From: a virus | Direction: 5' to 3' (one strand) | Length of the DNA: 64,000 bases | Virus record (IMG/VR): IMGVR_UViG_3300029922_000039 | Shown: piece after piece, positions 61,327 to 64,000 of the stretch | Layout of the letters: every line of letters begins with the position of its first letter | How positions within the stretch are numbered: the stretch's first letter is position 1 | Translations under genes and position numbers: made by a program | The notes under the pieces: model-generated | Seen by the model: only the letters and a program-made list of their open reading frames with translations | Told to the model about the DNA's origin: nothing | Database searches by the model: none

Positions 61327-62280
61327 ATGGAAAACAAAGACCTCGGGAAATTGAAATACTCGGCAGACCGGATGGACGAAGCCGTCGCCGCATTCAAAAG
61401 CGAATTGCTTCGCCTTCAAGGTTTACTCGACGCGCAAACCGGAAAGATCCGAGATCCGAAGCCGTACCCGATCTACGCGCTCACACACCAAACCCACTAC
61501 CAGAACGTCGGGGCTCCCGAGTATCACTCATGGAGTTCACAGAAGAACACCCCCGAGAGGGCTCTGGCGCACGCCGCCAAGGTCTACGAAGAGTCGAAGG
61601 CGCTCATCCCGGACAATCAGGCTATCTGCGCCGAGAACGCGAGGATCGTGAACTTCCTTCTTGAGTCGATCACCAACGCCGGCATTCCATCACAAGTTCA
61701 AAAGTCATACACCGTTCGGGGCCGCACGAAGACCGAGATGGAACCCGCTGGTTGGAAGTATCTTGGATCCAGAGTTCACACCGTGGATATGTGGCCTGAG
61801 TGCGAGCGTAGCTACAAGTCATTTCAAGAGCAGTGCGTGAAGTGGCAACAGAGTATCGACGCGGAGAAGCGGAAGGAAGAACAAGAAGAGTCCGCCAAGA
61901 GAACGCGAGTCGAGACAGAGAGCCGCCGCATCGCGCTTTGCTTAAAGTATGGATCCGACCCGGTGAAGACCGAGATGAGCGACATGCGCGATGTTCTCCT
62001 TGAGAAGAACAAGTACCTACGCCTGGCGTATTTCCTTGAAAAGAATCGTGGCGACTGGAGTGATGGGCCAGATTATGCTGAACGTGGACTGAATGGATTC
62101 ACTATTGAGACACCTGACGATCAACTCATCTACGACGAAATTAATAGCCACATCGTCAATTGGGATGGGGATGGCCGCGTATTCCGTGACTGCACATGGA
62201 ACTATAGCCGCATCTACGCTGAATTTGTCCCGGCAGAACTGCTTGCTGATTTTCAGAAACTCGGATCAGACGATGAGTAA
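61327..62280 (+). CDS. hypothetical protein (317 aa)
   Basis: Track ORF 61249..62280 trimmed to ATG 61327 (MENKDLGKL...), preceded by AAAGGAA. Confidence 0.6.
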   Translation: MENKDLGKLKYSADRMDEAVAAFKSELLRLQGLLDAQTGKIRDPKPYPIYALTHQTHYQNVGAPEYHSWSSQKNTPERALAHAAKVYEESKALIPDNQAICAENARIVNFLLESITNAGIPSQVQKSYTVRGRTKTEMEPAGWKYLGSRVHTVDMWPECERSYKSFQEQCVKWQQSIDAEKRKEEQEESAKRTRVETESRRIALCLKYGSDPVKTEMSDMRDVLLEKNKYLRLAYFLEKNRGDWSDGPDYAERGLNGFTIETPDDQLIYDEINSHIVNWDGDGRVFRDCTWNYSRIYAEFVPAELLADFQKLGSDDE

Positions 62281-62968
62281 CCAGAAAGGAACTCCCATGC
62301 AAAGCCCTTCGATGCTCAAAAAGTGCAACATGCTGATCAACCAAGTCCTCATGGAAGGCAACACGCCGGTCGCCCTCCTGATGAACGAATCAACCAGGAT
62401 GATCTTGGCCGAGACGGTCAAGTCAATCAAGCGCCGGTCGTCGTGGACGCGCTTCCTCGACGCGCTACTCAACCGGAAGTTTGAACTGACGCACCTGCTG
62501 GGCGTGCCGGTGATCACGAGTCCCTATCTTCCGCTTGGAGGAATCAGCATCCAGGCGATCTCTGCGGCGACCGTGGCGGCTTCGGAGGCGCAAGGTGAGG
62601 CCGTGGTATCCCCCGAAGCCATTCAGTGGCAGGAAGGCGGCAATGCGGGGCAGGAAGATAGGGACGCTGCGGAGAAGGATATGCTGAAACGCGGTCAGGA
62701 ATTCTGGGACAAGCAAGCAGTCGGGACAGCGGAGACCGAGGATCGAGCGCCGACGCTCAGCGACCTGGCGGCGAGTGCCGGCAATGTGCGGCCTTCGGCT
62801 TCGTCGATCTTGATGAAGGCCATGGACAATGTAGACGAACTATCTGGCGTGATGGTGATCCGCGTGTATCCGAACAACAATATCGACATGGCGCTCAACA
62901 TGGATATCTTCGCCGCGCAGGGAGTGCTCCAGAGGGCTCAGATGTATTTGATGCAGAGGGGGCAGTGA
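62273..62968 (+). CDS. hypothetical protein (231 aa)
   Basis: Track ORF 62093..62968 trimmed to ATG 62273, which overlaps the upstream stop (ATGAGTAA). Confidence 0.55.
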   Translation: MSNQKGTPMQSPSMLKKCNMLINQVLMEGNTPVALLMNESTRMILAETVKSIKRRSSWTRFLDALLNRKFELTHLLGVPVITSPYLPLGGISIQAISAATVAASEAQGEAVVSPEAIQWQEGGNAGQEDRDAAEKDMLKRGQEFWDKQAVGTAETEDRAPTLSDLAASAGNVRPSASSILMKAMDNVDELSGVMVIRVYPNNNIDMALNMDIFAAQGVLQRAQMYLMQRGQ

Positions 62969-62975
62969 TTTACGT

Positions 62976-63052
62976 GGGCCTTTAGCTCAGTTGGTCAGAG
63001 CAGCCCGCTCATAACGGGAAGGTCGTTGGTTCAAACCCAACAAGGCCCACCA
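62976..63052 (+). tRNA. tRNA with CAU anticodon (Met, or Ile2 if lysidinylated), CCA encoded
   Basis: Acceptor stem GGGCCTT/AAGGCCC. D arm GCTC-AGTTGGTCA-GAGC. Anticodon loop CTCATAA. T arm GTTGG-TTCAAAC-CCAAC. Discriminator A, then CCA. Confidence 0.85.
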
Positions 63053-63060
63053 TGCAACAA

Positions 63061-63082
63061 AGGCCGCCCCGAAAGGCGGCCT
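63061..63082. terminator. bidirectional rho-independent terminator
   Basis: AGGCCGCC-CCGAAA-GGCGGCCT, followed by CTTTAATT on the plus strand and TTTGTTG on the minus strand. It lies between the convergent tRNA and endolysin genes. Confidence 0.7.
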
Positions 63083-63100
63083 CTTTAATTCTGGTGGATT

Positions 63101-63592
63101 CTACCTGCTTGCCCGAGCCAGCCACTGCGGAAGGTAATGCGCGTTCGCCGGGTTGGCCGCCGCGATCCTCTGGTACCTCTCCACGCGCGCCGCGGTGAAC
63201 ATGGCGACGATGTTCGGCTCGGAGTTCGCCTCGTGCACCGTGTTGGGTCCCCAAAGACCATCGTCCTTGATCGCCAGTGCGCGCTGGAGCAACTTGACTG
63301 CGGTCGCCGGACCACCGTTCACCGCCATGTCCAGAACGCGCTTGGCGAGTTCGTCGTCCGTAAGTTGCGAGTACCACTCGTTCCAGAACTCCGCCCGGTA
63401 GAAGTTCGCCACATCCAGGCCGCGCTGCGCCTGGGGGATGGACGCGACGTAATCGAACTGCTTCGGGTAGGCTACCGAGTTTATCCCACTGATAGCGAAT
63501 GCCCCCGGAGGAGCGTCGGGGACTTGCTTGTACTGGCGCTGCGGATCCTCGCTGTCGAGAACCCAGTTCAAAGCGATGTCAAATGAGGCCAA
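63101..63592 (-). CDS. GH108-like endolysin with peptidoglycan-binding-type C-terminal half
   Basis: 163 aa. FDIALNWVL..E...YRAEFWN...LAKRVLDMAVNGGPATAVKLLQRALAIKDDGLWGPNT matches the GH108/PG_binding_3 pattern. Confidence 0.65.
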   Translation of the reverse strand: MASFDIALNWVLDSEDPQRQYKQVPDAPPGAFAISGINSVAYPKQFDYVASIPQAQRGLDVANFYRAEFWNEWYSQLTDDELAKRVLDMAVNGGPATAVKLLQRALAIKDDGLWGPNTVHEANSEPNIVAMFTAARVERYQRIAAANPANAHYLPQWLARASR

Positions 63593-64000
63593 TGTATTTC
63601 TCCTGTTCTGACCAATCTACAACTTCGACGTTCTTCTTGAGAAGTTCGACCGTGTTCTGGAATGCCCTCATGAGAACGTCAGGGTCGATGTTGAGAGGAT
63701 AAACCGATCCAGACCGAGCCATCCCCGCCATAACGCAATCGGAAATCATATCCAAGACGTCGATCAGGTTTACGTCCTCTGGCACGCCGTCTGCTTCGAG
63801 TAGGTGATGGCGATTCACTTTGCGGTGATTGTCCCACCATGAGTGCTCCTCGAATCCAGTCAGGAAGTCGCGGTGGAATCCATCGATATCGCTGATCTTG
63901 TCGTGGTCGTGCGCATCCCGCGATCTCTGCATTTTCTCGATAAAGAACTCAAGAGCGAATCGCACGTCCTCAATGTGCTGGAAACTACTGGATAGCAAAG
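63579..64000 (-). CDS. hypothetical protein, probably truncated by the right edge (HD-like RDAHDHDK motif)
   Basis: The track ORF starts at TTG 63998, and the frame stays open to the window end. Confidence 0.45.
   Translation of the reverse strand, partial: LLSSSFQHIEDVRFALEFFIEKMQRSRDAHDHDKISDIDGFHRDFLTGFEEHSWWDNHRKVNRHHLLEADGVPEDVNLIDVLDMISDCVMAGMARSGSVYPLNIDPDVLMRAFQNTVELLKKNVEVVDWSEQEKYIGLI

Noticed and set aside
62976-63052. The tRNA considered as a host attB site or prophage boundary.
   Set aside because: The integrase is 56 kb away. Phage genes (endolysin, unknowns) flank the tRNA on both sides, and no direct repeat of its 3' end was seen elsewhere in the window.

Overview
The 64-kb window reads as the interior of one dsDNA phage genome. 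It is probably temperate, since it carries a tyrosine integrase. I recognise no host housekeeping genes, and the genes at both edges are truncated, so the element is longer than the window. About 85 protein genes are packed almost end to end. Nearly all are on the minus strand, and many are joined by ATGA or TAATG start/stop overlaps.

Gene order along the minus strand, right to left:
- GH108-like endolysin.
- A plus-strand island at 60.7-63.05 kb: three unknown genes, a repeat-rich ori-like region and tRNA-Met(CAU).
- A membrane protein, then small and large terminase.
- A 3-gene accessory insert that includes a RyR-domain protein.
- Portal, scaffold, major capsid, and decoration/tail genes.
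- An antisense HNH-AP2 homing endonuclease.
- A DnaJ-type zinc-finger protein, then a 948-aa fibre-like protein with a signal peptide.
- A 1354-aa tail protein.
- A 268/186/794/3239-aa series of presumed internal (ejected) virion proteins.
- A plus-strand regulator pair at 19.5-20.6 kb.
- A long early operon: MazG fusion, RecT-like annealase, PD-(D/E)XK exonuclease, Lar, VRR-NUC, KTSC/CspA/KTSC, DnaB split by a LAGLIDADG intein, an orphan acyl carrier protein, ASCH, integrase, about 20 small unknown genes, a RlaP-like nucleotidyltransferase and DUF551.

Most notable observations:
1. The 3239-aa polyvalent protein combines ParB-like, zincin and strawberry-notch-like helicase motifs and sits in the slot of an ejected virion protein.
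2. The 9-mer ACGCTTGCA occurs six times, only in four intergenic promoter regions. One of these is a back-to-back promoter switch that drives a leaderless plus-strand gene.
3. Two interleaved perfect inverted repeats bury the ribosome-binding site of the gene at 60676.
4. An iteron, microsatellite and AT-rich block lies at 61.09-61.33 kb.

All functional calls come from motifs I could read in the translations plus gene order. No database search was run.
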